In this document: positions 47,482 to 58,134 of the stretch, one piece after another
Position numbering within the stretch: position 1 is the stretch's first letter
How the letters are laid out: each line of letters begins with the position of its first letter
DNA from: Candidatus Aminicenantes bacterium
GTDB lineage: Bacteria > Acidobacteriota > Aminicenantia > Aminicenantales > Saccharicenantaceae
Direction of reading: 5' to 3'
DNA: 64,000 nt
Assembly: GCA_963727095.1 (NCBI GenBank)
Contig: CAVSEQ010000003.1
Coordinates: forward strand, 194,016-258,015
Program-made: the position numbers and the translations under genes
Notes under the pieces: generated by a model
Databases searched by the model: none
Seen by the model: only the letters and a program-made list of their open reading frames with translations
What the model was told of the DNA's origin: nothing

Positions 47482-47904
47482 ATGTTGATGCCCAAGAAAG
47501 TCAAATTCCGCAAGCAGCAACGCGGCCGCATGCGGGGCAAGGCCGAGCGGGGGAGCACCCTCTCGTTCGGCGAGTTCGGACTCCAGGCCCTCGAACCGTG
47601 CTGGCTGACCTCGCGCCAGATCGAGGCCGGACGCATCACGATCACCCGGCACATGAAGAGGAGAGGCAAGCTTTGGATCCGGACGTTCCCCTGGAAGTCG
47701 GTCACAAAGAAGCCGACCGAAGTCCGTATGGGCAAGGGGAAAGGCGACCCGGAATTCTGGGTCGACGTCATCCGCCCCGGCAAGATCCTTTTCGAGATCG
47801 AGGGTGTCGAGGAGGACATGGCTAAGGAAGCCATGCGGCTGGCCGCGCACAAATTGCCGATCAAAACACGGTTTATTTCGAGAGAAGCGAGAGAACTGCG
47901 ATGA
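47482..47904 (+). CDS. rplP: 50S ribosomal protein L16
   Basis: [16 protein letters not shown] conserved start. Confidence 0.96.
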   Translation: MLMPKKVKFRKQQRGRMRGKAERGSTLSFGEFGLQALEPCWLTSRQIEAGRITITRHMKRRGKLWIRTFPWKSVTKKPTEVRMGKGKGDPEFWVDVIRPGKILFEIEGVEEDMAKEAMRLAAHKLPIKTRFISREARELR

Positions 47905-48098
47905 AGATCCGGGAAATGAAAGAATTGTCGACGGACGAACTGCAGGTCAAAGAGGGAGAGCTGCGGGACCAGCTCTTCAAGCTCCGCTTCCAGAAATCGC
48001 TGGGCCAGCTGGAAAGCCCGATGAAGATCAAGAACATCAAGAAGGATATCGCCCGCATCCAGACGCTCCTCGAAGAGATGCGCCGAGAGACGGAGTAG
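47901..48098 (+). CDS. rpmC: 50S ribosomal protein L29
   Basis: 65 aa, [10 protein letters not shown] motif. Confidence 0.93.
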   Translation: MKIREMKELSTDELQVKEGELRDQLFKLRFQKSLGQLESPMKIKNIKKDIARIQTLLEEMRRETE

Positions 48099-48101
48099 AG
48101 A

Positions 48102-48398
48102 ATGGACACCAAGGGACAACCACGGAAGACCACGAAGGTCGGTACCGTCGTCGCCAAAAGGATGAAGAAGACGGTCACCGTCGAGGTCGAGCGCCAGATT
48201 CGGCATCCCCTATACAAAAAGATCGTCCGCCACAAAAAGACGTTCCTCGCCCACGACGAGACCGAGAAGTGCAAAGTCGGCGACACCGTCCGGATCATCG
48301 AGACGCGGCCCATCAGCAAGCTGAAGCGCTGGCGCGTCCTCGAGATCGTCGGGCTGTCGGCGAGCGCCGTTGAGCCGGAAACGGGGGGAAGCCAATGA
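48102..48398 (+). CDS. rpsQ: 30S ribosomal protein S17
   Basis: [18 protein letters not shown] conserved S17 OB-fold start. Confidence 0.95.
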   Translation: MDTKGQPRKTTKVGTVVAKRMKKTVTVEVERQIRHPLYKKIVRHKKTFLAHDETEKCKVGDTVRIIETRPISKLKRWRVLEIVGLSASAVEPETGGSQ

Positions 48399-48763
48399 TC
48401 CAAATGCAAACCATGCTCAAGGTGGCCGACAACTCCGGCGCCCGGAAGATCATGGCGATCACGCCCCTGGGCGGCGGCGTCGGCCATGTCGCGACGATCG
48501 GCGACATCATCTCGGCCACGGTCAAGGAAGCCGATCCCGAGAGCAAAATCGAGAAAGGCAAAGTCGTGCGAGCCGTCGTTGTCCGCACGCGCAAGGAGCT
48601 GCGGCGCAAGGACGGGTCTTACATCCGGTTCGAGGACAACGCTGCCGTGATCATCGATAAGGCCGGGGAGCCCGTCGGCACGCGCGTTTTCGGGCCCGTC
48701 GGGCGGGAACTTCGGGAACGGAAGTTCATGAAGATCATGTCGCTCGCGCCGGAGGTCCTGTGA
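48395..48763 (+). CDS. rplN: 50S ribosomal protein L14
   Basis: [16 protein letters not shown] conserved start. Confidence 0.96.
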   Translation: MIQMQTMLKVADNSGARKIMAITPLGGGVGHVATIGDIISATVKEADPESKIEKGKVVRAVVVRTRKELRRKDGSYIRFEDNAAVIIDKAGEPVGTRVFGPVGRELRERKFMKIMSLAPEVL

Positions 48764-49095
48764 TGAAAGCCATGCATCTCAAGAGAAATGATGTCGTCGT
48801 GGTCATCGCCGGCAAGGACAAGGGAAAGACCGGAAAGGTGCTTAAGCTCTTTCCGGAGACCAACCGGGTCATTGTCGAAAGGATCAACTTCGCTAAGCAC
48901 TTCGTCAAGGCCGACCGCGGCAAGAACGTCCAAGGCGGCGTCATGGAGAAGGAAGCCCCGATCCATGCCTCCAACGTCATGCTGCTCTGCAGCGATTGCG
49001 GCCAGGGACGCCGGGTCCGGACCCTGCGCCATGACGACGGGAGCTCGACACGGGTCTGCAGCCAGTGCGAGTCCCTGATCGAAAAGCAGAAGTAA
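48760..49095 (+). CDS. rplX: 50S ribosomal protein L24 with C-terminal CxxC...CxxC
   Basis: KOW domain [15 protein letters not shown]; C-terminal [31 protein letters not shown]. Confidence 0.93.
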   Translation: MMKAMHLKRNDVVVVIAGKDKGKTGKVLKLFPETNRVIVERINFAKHFVKADRGKNVQGGVMEKEAPIHASNVMLLCSDCGQGRRVRTLRHDDGSSTRVCSQCESLIEKQK

Positions 49096-49105
49096 GGATG
49101 ACATC

Positions 49106-49648
49106 ATGAGCCGCTTATTCGAGAAGTTCCAGAAGGAGATTCTCCCCGAGCTCGAGAAGGAGCTCGGCATCGGGAATCCGATGGCCCTCCCGCGCCTGGT
49201 CAAAATCGTCGTCAACATGGGCGTCGGCGATGCGATCCAGAACGTCAAGCTTCTGGACACCGCGAAGACCGAGCTCGGTCAGATCACCGGCCAGTTCCCC
49301 GGTGTGGGCCGGGCTAAGAAGTCGATTTCGGCGTTCAAGCTGCGCAAGGGGCAGCCCATCGCCTGCTACGTAACGCTGCGGGGCCAGAGGATGTACGAGT
49401 TTCTGGACCGGCTCGTCAACATCGTCCTGCCGCGCGTGCGGGACTTCCGCGGCGTCTCGCCGACCGCGTTTGACGGCCGTGGAAGTTATACTCTGGGCAT
49501 GCGGGACCAGCTGGTGTTCCCGGAGATCGATTACACGAAGGTGGAGCGCTCCCGGGGCATGAACATTACCATCGTGACCACCGCCCGCACCGATCAAGAA
49601 GCCTATGCCCTGCTCAAGAAACTGGGCATGCCGTTCCGAGAGTCCTGA
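49106..49648 (+). CDS. rplE: 50S ribosomal protein L5
   Basis: Conserved L5 family sequence, spc operon position. Confidence 0.95.
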   Translation: MSRLFEKFQKEILPELEKELGIGNPMALPRLVKIVVNMGVGDAIQNVKLLDTAKTELGQITGQFPGVGRAKKSISAFKLRKGQPIACYVTLRGQRMYEFLDRLVNIVLPRVRDFRGVSPTAFDGRGSYTLGMRDQLVFPEIDYTKVERSRGMNITIVTTARTDQEAYALLKKLGMPFRES

Positions 49649-49656
49649 AAAGCGAG

Positions 49657-49848
49657 GTGAATGTGTCGACAACTGCACGCATGGCCAAAAACGCGAAGAA
49701 GCCGAAGTACGAAATCCGGTTCCGTCGGCGCTGCCGGATCTGCGGCCGCTCCAGGGGAAACTACCGCAAGTTCGACCTCTGTCGGTTGTGCTTCCGCCAG
49801 CTCGCCCTGAAGGGGGAGATTCCGGGGATCACCAAGGCGTCGTGGTAA
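49657..49848 (+). CDS. rpsZ: 30S ribosomal protein S14 type Z (zinc form); alternative start ATG 49681
   Basis: [23 protein letters not shown]4 zinc motif, ~55-63 aa. Confidence 0.9.
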   Translation: MNVSTTARMAKNAKKPKYEIRFRRRCRICGRSRGNYRKFDLCRLCFRQLALKGEIPGITKASW

Positions 49849-49869
49849 ATTCGAGGAAAGGATAGTTCC

Positions 49870-50259
49870 ATGGATTCGATCGCGGATTTGCTCACCCGGA
49901 TACGCAACGCGGTGAGGACCAAGAAGAGGGAAGTCAACGTCCCCTCCTCCCGGATGATGGTCGAGGTCGTAAAGATCCTCAAGGAGGAAGGGTACATCAG
50001 GAATTTCAAGGTCATCGACGACGCCAAACAGGGCGTCCTGAACATCACCTTGAAGTACGGCGAAGACGGCAAGAGTGTGATCAGCGGGCTGCGGCGTGTC
50101 AGCACGCCCGGCTGCCGGATCTATTGCACGAAGAACTCGGTGCCCAAGGTTCTCGACGGTCTGGGCCTGCTGATCGTCTCGACGTCGAAGGGCGTCGTCA
50201 CGGGGCGGAAGTGCGAGGAGCTCGGCACGGGCGGCGAAGTTCTCTGCAGCATCTGGTAG
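49870..50259 (+). CDS. rpsH: 30S ribosomal protein S8
   Basis: MDSIADLLTRIRNA conserved start. Confidence 0.96.
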   Translation: MDSIADLLTRIRNAVRTKKREVNVPSSRMMVEVVKILKEEGYIRNFKVIDDAKQGVLNITLKYGEDGKSVISGLRRVSTPGCRIYCTKNSVPKVLDGLGLLIVSTSKGVVTGRKCEELGTGGEVLCSIW

Positions 50260-50277
50260 GCGCGAAGAGAGGTAGTC

Positions 50278-50826
50278 ATGTCACGAGTCGGAAAACGGCC
50301 CATCATGATCCCGGCGGACGTCACGGTGACGCTCCATCCGGACAGGATCGATTTTGAGGGGAAAAAAGGAAAGCTGTCCTCCCCGCTCTATCCGGGAATC
50401 CAAGCGTCCCTCGAAGCCAACAAGCTCCAGCTGAGCCGGTCCGAGGAGACCCAGTCTGCCCGCGCCATGCATGGGCTGTGCCGTTCCCTGGCCCAGAACG
50501 CGGTGTCGGGCATTGCTCAGGGGTTCAGCAAAAAGATGGAGATTGTGGGCGTTGGATACAGAGCCAAGGTGGAGAAGAACCGGCTCGAGATCAGCCTGGG
50601 CTATTCCCGGCCCATCGTGTACGAGATCCCGGCGGGAATCGAGATCGTGGCCGAGAAACCCACCCTTCTCACGGTCCGTGGGATCGACAAGCAGAAAGTC
50701 GGCCAGGTTGCACATGATATCAAGAGATTTCGCCTGCCGGATCCTTACAAGCAGAAGGGCGTCCGCTACTTCGGCGAGAAACTGATCAAGAAGGAGCGAA
50801 AGGCGGGGGTGACCACCGGTGCTTAA
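50278..50826 (+). CDS. rplF: 50S ribosomal protein L6
   Basis: MSRVGKRPI conserved start. Confidence 0.96.
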   Translation: MSRVGKRPIMIPADVTVTLHPDRIDFEGKKGKLSSPLYPGIQASLEANKLQLSRSEETQSARAMHGLCRSLAQNAVSGIAQGFSKKMEIVGVGYRAKVEKNRLEISLGYSRPIVYEIPAGIEIVAEKPTLLTVRGIDKQKVGQVAHDIKRFRLPDPYKQKGVRYFGEKLIKKERKAGVTTGA

Positions 50827-51193
50827 AAACAAAATCATCGAGAAACGGCTGCGTGACAACCGTCTCCGGAAGCGGATCCGCGAGAAGGTGAAGGGGACGC
50901 CGGAGCGTCCACGGGTGCACGTGTTCAAGAGCAACACCTATCTCTATACGCAAGTCATCAACGACGCGGAAGGGACCGTGCTGGCCGCGGCCTCGACCCT
51001 GGAGAAGGCGTTTAAGGAAAAGTCGAAGAACGGGAAAAACAAGACGGCCAGTGGACTGCTCGGCGAGATGCTGGCTGAGCGTCTCAAAGCCAAAGCCATC
51101 GAGCGGGTGGTGTTCGACAGAGGGACCTATCCCTACCACGGCCGCATCAAGGCCCTGGCGGAGGCCATGCGGAGCAAAGGCATCCAATTTTAA
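50819..51193 (+). CDS. rplR: 50S ribosomal protein L18
   Basis: Conserved L18 family, spc operon position. Confidence 0.93.
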   Translation: MLKNKIIEKRLRDNRLRKRIREKVKGTPERPRVHVFKSNTYLYTQVINDAEGTVLAAASTLEKAFKEKSKNGKNKTASGLLGEMLAERLKAKAIERVVFDRGTYPYHGRIKALAEAMRSKGIQF

Positions 51194-51215
51194 GGGCATG
51201 GCCGCATAAGGAGGC

Positions 51216-51740
51216 GTGAGCGTGGATAATCGAAGATTCGAAAAGGTCGCTGTCATCGACGAGGAAGGGTTCGAACTCAAGGACCAGGTCATCTCCATCC
51301 GCCGAGTCACCAAGGTCGTCAAGGGCGGCAAGAACCTGAGTTTTTCGGCACTCGTGGCGGTCGGCAACGAACATGGCCGCGTAGGCATCGGCAAGGGCAA
51401 GGCCCGGGAAGTCCCGCAGGCCATCTCCAAGGCCGTCGAAGCCGCCAAGAAGGCCATGATCCGTGTGCCGCTCGCCGAGACCACGCTTCCCCACGCGGTC
51501 AAGGGAGAAGACGGAGCGGGAATCGTCGTCCTCCGCCCGGCTTCGAAGGGAACCGGTGTCATCGCCGGCGGCGCCGTGCGCGTGATCATGCAGCTGGCGG
51601 GCGTCCGCGACATCCTGACCAAATCGGTCAGGAGCTCGAACCCGATCAGCGTCGCCAACGCGACACTCGACGCTCTGCGCCGGGTTCGGAATCCCGATGA
51701 CGTGGCCAAGAGTCGAGGAAAGGCGAAAGGTGCGCTATGA
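51216..51740 (+). CDS. rpsE: 30S ribosomal protein S5
   Basis: ISIRRVTKVVKGGK dsRBD motif. Confidence 0.96.
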   Translation: MSVDNRRFEKVAVIDEEGFELKDQVISIRRVTKVVKGGKNLSFSALVAVGNEHGRVGIGKGKAREVPQAISKAVEAAKKAMIRVPLAETTLPHAVKGEDGAGIVVLRPASKGTGVIAGGAVRVIMQLAGVRDILTKSVRSSNPISVANATLDALRRVRNPDDVAKSRGKAKGAL

Positions 51741-51988
51741 CGGAGAACGCAGCGAAGTCCGGCAAGACCCCCAAGAGGGAGCCTCGGGCCGCGGCCCCGG
51801 AAAGATACGTGAAGGTCACGCTCATCCGGAGTCTCATCGGGTATCCCGAGTCCCAGCGGAGTGTGGCCAGAGGCCTCGGCCTGGGAAAGCTCCAGTCGCA
51901 TGTCATCAGGAAGGAAACACCCGAGATCGTCGGCATGGTCCGTAAAATATCGCATGTGCTGAAAGTGGAGGCTTCGGAAAAGCCATGA
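51737..51988 (+). CDS. rpmD: 50S ribosomal protein L30 (ATG 51737 gives a ~24-aa N-terminal extension; internal GTG at ~51806 would give a typical 59-aa L30)
   Basis: KVTLIRSLIGYPESQRSVARGLGLGK conserved L30 core. Confidence 0.88.
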   Translation: MTENAAKSGKTPKREPRAAAPERYVKVTLIRSLIGYPESQRSVARGLGLGKLQSHVIRKETPEIVGMVRKISHVLKVEASEKP

Positions 51989-52431
51989 ATCTCAGCAACC
52001 TGAAACCGGCTAAGGGATCGAAGAAGGACCGAAAGAGGGTGGGGCGGGGCCCCGGGTCCGGGCACGGCAAGACGGCCGGCGCCGGAAGCAAGGGCCAGCT
52101 CCAAGGTGCGGGATTCTCCCAGATGCGCGATTTCGAGGGCGGCCAGATGCCGCTCGTCCGCCGCATCCCGAAGCGGGGATTCACCAACATCTTCCGGATC
52201 GAGTACACCATCGTCAACCTGGACAGCCTGGCCCGCATCCGGAAAGCCGAGATCGAGCCCAAGGACATGGTGGAATCCGGCCTCATCAAGAAGGAATCGG
52301 CGCTCATCAAGATCCTGGGGCGGGGTGATCTGGCCTCGGCCAAGACCATCCATGCTCATCAGTTTTCCCAGTCGGCGCTTAAAAAAATCGAGGATAAGGG
52401 CGGCAAAGCCGTCACCATCGGGAAAAGCTAA
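51985..52431 (+). CDS. rplO: 50S ribosomal protein L15
   Basis: Gly-rich N-terminus KRVGRGPGSGHGKTAGAGSKGQ. Confidence 0.95.
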   Translation: MNLSNLKPAKGSKKDRKRVGRGPGSGHGKTAGAGSKGQLQGAGFSQMRDFEGGQMPLVRRIPKRGFTNIFRIEYTIVNLDSLARIRKAEIEPKDMVESGLIKKESALIKILGRGDLASAKTIHAHQFSQSALKKIEDKGGKAVTIGKS

Positions 52432-53813
52432 TGTTGGACTCCGTTAGAAACATCTTCAGCATCCCTGAGCTGAGACGGAGAGTGATCTTCACCCTCCTTC
52501 TCCTGGCGGTCTATCGGATCGGCGGCCAGATCCCCAACCCGGGGATCAGCGCGGCGGCCCTGGCGGACTTCTGGCAAGGCCAGAAGGGCTCGCTGCTGGG
52601 CTTCATCGATCTGTTCTCGGGACGCTACATGTCGCGCATGACCATCTTCGCCCTCGGCATTATGCCCTACATCAGCGCCTCGATCATCCTCCAGTTGCTC
52701 ACGGTCGTCTGGCCCTACCTGGAACGCCTGTCGAAGGAAGGCGAACTCGGCCGGAAGAAGATCACCCAGTATACCCGGTACGGCACGATCGGCATTTGCC
52801 TCATTCAATCCTTCGGCATAGCGGCTTTTCTCCAGGCCCTCAAGACTCCGACCGGGGCCAAGATCGTTCCCAACCCCGGGTTGGGCTTCCAAATGCTCAC
52901 CGTGCTGACATTGACAACCGGGACCGTCTTCGTAATGTGGCTTGGCGAGCAGATTTCCGAGCGCGGGATCGGCAACGGCATCTCGCTCATCATCTTCGCC
53001 GGGATCGTCGTCCGCTTCCCGGCCGGACTCAACTCCATGGTCGGAGGCCTGAAGAGCGGTTCGATGGATCCGCTGAAGATGATCTTTCTCGGAGCCCTGA
53101 TGCTGGCGGTGGTGGCCTTTATCGTCTTTGTTGAACGAGGCCAGCGGCGGATTCCTGTCTCGTACGCGAAGAGGGTCGTCGGCCGTAAGGTGTACGGCGG
53201 CCAGAGCACGCACCTGCCGCTCCGGGTGAATACCGGAGGCGTCATCCCCATCATCTTCGCGGCATCCGTCATCACTATCCCGGCGACGCTGGCCCAGCTC
53301 GTCAAGGTTCCGGCGATCAAGACTGTCGCCGACCAGTTTGGCATGGGCATGCCGCTCTATAATTTGATCTACGTCGTGGCCATCATCTTCTTCACATATT
53401 TCTATATCTCGATCATCTTCAACCCGACCGACGTGGCCGACAACCTGCGGAAGTACGGGGGATTTATCCCCGGCATCCGTCCCGGCAAGAACACCTCGGA
53501 CTATATCGACGATGTTCTGTCACGGATCACGCTGGTCGGGGCGATCTATCTGGCGGTCGTGGCCATCCTGCCGGAGTTCCTGATTACCGGCGTCAAGGTC
53601 CAATCCCTGCCCTGGGTCGGGGCGTGGCTCGAAATGAACCTGCCCAAGTTCTTCACTCAAGGCCTCGGCATCGACTTCCTTTTCGGCGGCACGTCGATCC
53701 TGATTGTCGTCGGCGTGGCGATGGACACGATGCAGCAGATCGAAGCCCAGCTCGTCATGCGTCACTATGACGGGTTCATGCGGCGCAGCCGGATCAGGGG
53801 GAGAAGGGGATGA
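52431..53813 (+). CDS. secY: Preprotein translocase subunit SecY
   Basis: 10 TM segments, conserved SecY motifs, between rplO and adk. Confidence 0.97.
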   Translation: MLDSVRNIFSIPELRRRVIFTLLLLAVYRIGGQIPNPGISAAALADFWQGQKGSLLGFIDLFSGRYMSRMTIFALGIMPYISASIILQLLTVVWPYLERLSKEGELGRKKITQYTRYGTIGICLIQSFGIAAFLQALKTPTGAKIVPNPGLGFQMLTVLTLTTGTVFVMWLGEQISERGIGNGISLIIFAGIVVRFPAGLNSMVGGLKSGSMDPLKMIFLGALMLAVVAFIVFVERGQRRIPVSYAKRVVGRKVYGGQSTHLPLRVNTGGVIPIIFAASVITIPATLAQLVKVPAIKTVADQFGMGMPLYNLIYVVAIIFFTYFYISIIFNPTDVADNLRKYGGFIPGIRPGKNTSDYIDDVLSRITLVGAIYLAVVAILPEFLITGVKVQSLPWVGAWLEMNLPKFFTQGLGIDFLFGGTSILIVVGVAMDTMQQIEAQLVMRHYDGFMRRSRIRGRRG

Positions 53814-54481
53814 GGATTATCCTCCTGGGCGCACCCGGAAGCGGCAAGGGTTCGGTCGGCGACCGTCTCTCCGGAGCCTATGGATTTCCGCGGATTTCCA
53901 CGGGGGATCTCTTGCGGAACGCGGTCAAGAAACAGACGCCGCTCGGAGTAAGAGCCCAGGAACAGATGGGGAAGGGCGGGCTCGTCGATGACGGGCTGGT
54001 CCTCGAGCTCCTGCGGGAGCGGCTGGCCTGGGCGGACGCCCGGCCCGGCTATGTCCTCGACGGCTACCCTCGCAACCAGGCGCAGGCCCGGAGCCTCGAG
54101 GCCCTCGACGGCGGCCGGCCGGAGGTGGTTTTCGAGATCGTCACGAGCGACGAAGTCGTCGTCCACAGGCTGTCGACCCGGAGGATTTGTGCCTCGTGCG
54201 GCGCGGTGTTCAACGTGATCACGAAGAAGCCCAAACAGGACGGAATCTGCGATATTTGCGGCTCTGCGCTCATCCAGCGGAACGATGACCGGCCCGACGT
54301 CATCCCGGAGCGGATGAGAACATACAGGTCCCAAACGGCGCCTCTCATTGCGTATTACGAAACGAAGGGCGTTCTCCATAAGGTGGACGGCAACGGTACT
54401 GTCGAGGCCGCCTTTGCGGCGATCCGGCCCGTGTTGGACGAACTCCTTTCCGGCGGCGCCAAGGACGCCCAGGCACGCTGA
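53810..54481 (+). CDS. adk: Adenylate kinase with Cys4 zinc lid
   Basis: P-loop GAPGSGKGS; lid CASCGAVFNV...CDICG. Confidence 0.96.
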   Translation: MRIILLGAPGSGKGSVGDRLSGAYGFPRISTGDLLRNAVKKQTPLGVRAQEQMGKGGLVDDGLVLELLRERLAWADARPGYVLDGYPRNQAQARSLEALDGGRPEVVFEIVTSDEVVVHRLSTRRICASCGAVFNVITKKPKQDGICDICGSALIQRNDDRPDVIPERMRTYRSQTAPLIAYYETKGVLHKVDGNGTVEAAFAAIRPVLDELLSGGAKDAQAR

Positions 54482-55281
54482 TGATCATCTATAAATCGTC
54501 CGCAGAACTCGACCTTATGAGGCAGAGCAGCCGGATTGTTGCGCAGATCCTCGATGAGCTCGAGCCCCTGGTCAAGCCCGGGATCCGGACGCGGGACCTG
54601 GACCTCTACGCCGAGAAGCGGACCCGCGAGCTCGGGGCCGCACCGGCGTTCAAGGGCTACAGAGGTTACCCGGCGTCGGTATGCGTTTCGCTGAACGAGG
54701 AGATCATCCACGGCATCCCTTCGGGGCGGATCCTGCAAGAAGGCGACATCGTGAGCCTGGATTTCGGAGTTCTCTATGAGGGCTTTTACAGCGATTCGGC
54801 GATCACCGTCCCGGTGGGGCGCGTCGCCGAGGAGGCCTTGAGGCTCGTCGCCGCAGCCCGCACGGCTTTCCTCGAGGGTCTCACGATGTTCCGAGAAGGC
54901 AACCGGCTTTCCGACGTCTCCGCCGCCGTGCAGCGTTCGGTCGAGGCCGAGGGATTCTCCGTCATCAGACAGTTTGTCGGCCACGGCATCGGACGGTCCC
55001 TCCACGAGGAACCGCAGGTCCCGAACTTCGGGGCGCCCGGACGCGGGCCGCGGTTCAAGCCGGGGATGACGCTGGCGATCGAGCCGATGATCGCGGCCGG
55101 AGACTGGGAGGTCGAAGTCCTCGAAGACGGCTGGACGGCCGTAACCAAGGACCGCAGCCTCTCGGCCCATTATGAACATACCGTGGCGCTCACCGCCGAC
55201 GGCCCCGAGATCCTGAGCGCTCGGAAGGGCGACCCGATCAAAACGCCGGCCGCCGCGTACAAGGAGAACCCCTATGCCTAA
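54481..55281 (+). CDS. map: Methionine aminopeptidase type I
   Basis: Metal ligands D...D...H...E...E pattern of the pita-bread fold ([12 protein letters not shown]). Confidence 0.95.
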   Translation: MIIYKSSAELDLMRQSSRIVAQILDELEPLVKPGIRTRDLDLYAEKRTRELGAAPAFKGYRGYPASVCVSLNEEIIHGIPSGRILQEGDIVSLDFGVLYEGFYSDSAITVPVGRVAEEALRLVAAARTAFLEGLTMFREGNRLSDVSAAVQRSVEAEGFSVIRQFVGHGIGRSLHEEPQVPNFGAPGRGPRFKPGMTLAIEPMIAAGDWEVEVLEDGWTAVTKDRSLSAHYEHTVALTADGPEILSARKGDPIKTPAAAYKENPYA

Positions 55282-55492
55282 GAAGGACATGTTCGAAGCG
55301 GAAGGGGTCGTTCTGGAGACGCTTCCGAACGCGATGTTCAGGGTCGAGCTGGCCAACAAGCACGTCATTCTGGCTCATATTTCCGGGAAGATGCGCAAGC
55401 ACTTCATCCGGATCCTTCCCGGGGACCGGGTCCTGGTGGAGCTCTCGCCCTACGACCTGACGAAAGGGCGAATCACGTATCGGTACAAGTAA
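55274..55492 (+). CDS. infA: Translation initiation factor IF-1
   Basis: 72 aa S1-like OB fold, [16 protein letters not shown]. Confidence 0.96.
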   Translation: MPKKDMFEAEGVVLETLPNAMFRVELANKHVILAHISGKMRKHFIRILPGDRVLVELSPYDLTKGRITYRYK

Positions 55493-55504
55493 GAGGACAG
55501 GACG

Positions 55505-55618
55505 ATGAAAGTCAAAGCATCCGTGAAAAAAATCTGCCGGAACTGCAAGATTATCCGCCGCAAGGGAGTCGTCCGGGTGATCTGCACCAACCCGCGGCAT
55601 AAGCAAAGACAAGGTTAA
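55505..55618 (+). CDS. rpmJ: 50S ribosomal protein L36 (37 aa, zinc ribbon)
   Basis: Translation [37 protein letters not shown]. Confidence 0.9.
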   Translation: MKVKASVKKICRNCKIIRRKGVVRVICTNPRHKQRQG

Positions 55619-55629
55619 ACGAGGTCAAC

Positions 55630-56010
55630 ATGGCTAGAATCGCAGGCATCACACTTCCGCCGGAGAAGAGAATCGAGATCGGGCTGACCTATATCTACGG
55701 GATCGGCCACTCCAAGTCCCGCAAGATTCTCGACGAGGCCAAGATCGACAAGAACAAGAAGGTCAAGGCCCTGAGCGAGGATGAGATCAACAAGATCCGG
55801 CAGATCATCGAGAAGCGTGAGAAGATTGAAGGCGACCTCCGCAAGGAAGTCACCATGAACATCAAGAGGCTCGTGGACATCGGCTGCTACCGGGGTCTGC
55901 GGCACAAGAAGAAACTGCCGGTCCGCGGCCAAAGGACAAAGACGAACGCCCGGACACGAAAGGGCGTCCGCGGGTCCAGGATCAAGAAACTCAAGGAAAA
56001 GAAGGCGTAA
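55630..56010 (+). CDS. rpsM: 30S ribosomal protein S13
   Basis: [10 protein letters not shown] conserved start. Confidence 0.96.
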   Translation: MARIAGITLPPEKRIEIGLTYIYGIGHSKSRKILDEAKIDKNKKVKALSEDEINKIRQIIEKREKIEGDLRKEVTMNIKRLVDIGCYRGLRHKKKLPVRGQRTKTNARTRKGVRGSRIKKLKEKKA

Positions 56011-56024
56011 GGAGGACGGTACCC

Positions 56025-56411
56025 ATGCCAAAAGCCAAAGTGAAGAAAAAGAAAGTCCGGAAGGAAATCGGCTACGGGGTGGCGCACGTCCAGTCCACCT
56101 TTAATAATACGATTATCACCATCGCCGACCATCAAGGCTGCACCGTGTGCTGGGCCAGTGCCGGCACGTCGGGGTTCAAGGGCGCCCGGAAGGGAACGCC
56201 GTTCGCCGCCCAACTGGCGGCCAAGGATGTCGCGACGAAAGCCAAGGACTTCGGCGTCCGCTATGTCGATGTCCGGCTCACGGGGCCCGGCGCGGGCCGC
56301 GAATCGTCGATCCGGGCCCTTCAGGCGGCCGGGCTGGAGATCAAGTCCATCAAGGACGTCACCCCCATCCCTCACAACGGATGCCGCGTCCGGCGGCGAC
56401 GGCGCGTCTGA
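56025..56411 (+). CDS. rpsK: 30S ribosomal protein S11
   Basis: [13 protein letters not shown] conserved motif. Confidence 0.96.
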   Translation: MPKAKVKKKKVRKEIGYGVAHVQSTFNNTIITIADHQGCTVCWASAGTSGFKGARKGTPFAAQLAAKDVATKAKDFGVRYVDVRLTGPGAGRESSIRALQAAGLEIKSIKDVTPIPHNGCRVRRRRRV

Positions 56412-56431
56412 GGCCGGAAGGAGAGAGAGAC

Positions 56432-57058
56432 ATGGCGAGATACCAAGGACCCGAGTGCCGACTCTGTCGGGTGGAGCGCAACAAGCTCTTTTTTAAAGGC
56501 GCGAAGTGTCTGACGGACAAATGTCCCCTCGAACGGCGGGCCTACGCCCCCGGCCAGCACGGCCGATCCAAGAAGAGAATCCTGGGCTATGCCGTCCAGT
56601 TGCGGGAGAAGCAGAAACTCAAAAGATTTTACGGGATGTCGGAAGAACAGTTCCGCTTTTTCTTCAAACGGGCGGAACGCCAGAAGGGCGTCACGGGAGA
56701 AAATCTGCTCTCGATGCTGGAACGCCGCCTGGACAACGTCATTTACGTGATGGGATTTTCGCAATCCCGCTCCCATTCCCGGCAGCTCATCGGGCACGGC
56801 CATTTCCGGGTCAACGGCCACAAGGTCAACATCCCCTCGGCCCTCGTGAAGCCGGGCGACCTTGTCGAGTTCAAAGAACGCTCGGCCAAGAGCGAGGACA
56901 TGAAGGCGGTGGTCGCCGCGAACCGGAGCAAGAACGTTCCCGGCTGGCTCCAAGTGGATTGGGACAACATGAAAGGAAGGGTCATCGCCCTTCCGACCCG
57001 CCAGGACATCACCCTTCCCGTGGAAGAGCACCTGGTGGTCGAACTTTACTCCAAGTAA
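56432..57058 (+). CDS. rpsD: 30S ribosomal protein S4 (zinc-ribbon form)
   Basis: MARYQGPECRLCRVERNKLFFKGAKCLTDKC N-terminus; internal start in ORF 56147..57058. Confidence 0.94.
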   Translation: MARYQGPECRLCRVERNKLFFKGAKCLTDKCPLERRAYAPGQHGRSKKRILGYAVQLREKQKLKRFYGMSEEQFRFFFKRAERQKGVTGENLLSMLERRLDNVIYVMGFSQSRSHSRQLIGHGHFRVNGHKVNIPSALVKPGDLVEFKERSAKSEDMKAVVAANRSKNVPGWLQVDWDNMKGRVIALPTRQDITLPVEEHLVVELYSK

Positions 57059-57102
57059 TGTCCTGAGCCTGCGCACGAAGGACATCTCCAGGAGGAGGAC
57101 AC

Positions 57103-58134
57103 ATGAAGGATACAGATTTTCAGAGGCCAAAGTATTTAGAGTCCGATCTCGAAACGATGACCGACAAGTACGGTCATTTTCAGGCCCAGCCCTTTGAGCG
57201 CGGCTACGGCGTCACGGTGGGCAACGCTCTTCGCCGGATCCTGCTGTCGTCGATCACGGGAGCAGCGATAACGGCCGTTCGGATCCGCGGCGTTCTCCAT
57301 GAGTTTTCGACTATTCCCGGCGTCGTCGAGGATGTGACGGACATCATTCTGAACCTTAAAAGCATGCCCCTGAAACTGCGGGGCGGCGAAGCGAAGCAGA
57401 TGAGCCTGAAGAAAGTCGGACCGGCGGAAGCCAAGGCGTCCGATATCATCCATGATACGGATATCGAGATCCTGAACAAGGACATCCATATCGCCTCCCT
57501 CGACATCGACGGGACACTGGAAATCGAGATGATCGTCAAGAACGGCCGGAGCTACATTCCGGCTGACCAGAACTTTAACGAAGAACTGAGCCTGGACTTC
57601 ATTCCGCTCGACTCCTCGCACTCCCCGGTCCTCAAAGTCAACTACAGGGTGGACCCGGCCCGCGTCGGCAAGCGGATCGACTACGAGCGGCTGACCCTCG
57701 AGATCTGGACGACCGGGGCGATCCGGCCCGCCGATGCTCTATCCCAGGCGGCCAAGATTATGCGCGACCACCTGGGGATCTTCCTCAACATTGTAGACGA
57801 ACCGCTCGAGAAGGAACAGGCGCCGACCAAAAAGGAGATTCCGTACCTCAACCAGGCGGATACGCTGGCCAAAACCATCGATCACCTCGAACTTTCCGTG
57901 CGGTCCAACAACTGCCTCCGTTCGGCCGGGATTGAGCGTATCTATGAGCTCGTCCAGAAGAGCGAGGACGAGCTTCTCAAAACAAAGAACTTCGGCCGCA
58001 AATCGCTGGCCGAGATCAAGGACACTCTGGGCAACCTGGGCCTCACCCTCAACCTTGAACTCCACCCCAAGCTCATCGAACGGATCCAGGCGGAACTCAA
58101 GGAAGGCAAGACCGTGAAGGAGCCTGAAGAATGA
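57103..58134 (+). CDS. rpoA: DNA-directed RNA polymerase subunit alpha
   Basis: N-terminal dimerisation domain and alpha-CTD (LELSVRSNNCL) conserved. Confidence 0.97.
   Translation: MKDTDFQRPKYLESDLETMTDKYGHFQAQPFERGYGVTVGNALRRILLSSITGAAITAVRIRGVLHEFSTIPGVVEDVTDIILNLKSMPLKLRGGEAKQMSLKKVGPAEAKASDIIHDTDIEILNKDIHIASLDIDGTLEIEMIVKNGRSYIPADQNFNEELSLDFIPLDSSHSPVLKVNYRVDPARVGKRIDYERLTLEIWTTGAIRPADALSQAAKIMRDHLGIFLNIVDEPLEKEQAPTKKEIPYLNQADTLAKTIDHLELSVRSNNCLRSAGIERIYELVQKSEDELLKTKNFGRKSLAEIKDTLGNLGLTLNLELHPKLIERIQAELKEGKTVKEPEE

Noticed and set aside
51737-51808. Unusual 24-aa N-terminal extension of L30 as a finding
   Set aside because: An in-frame GTG just before KVTLIRS would give a canonical 59-aa L30, so the extension may be a start-codon choice artefact; noted in the feature, not treated as biology.
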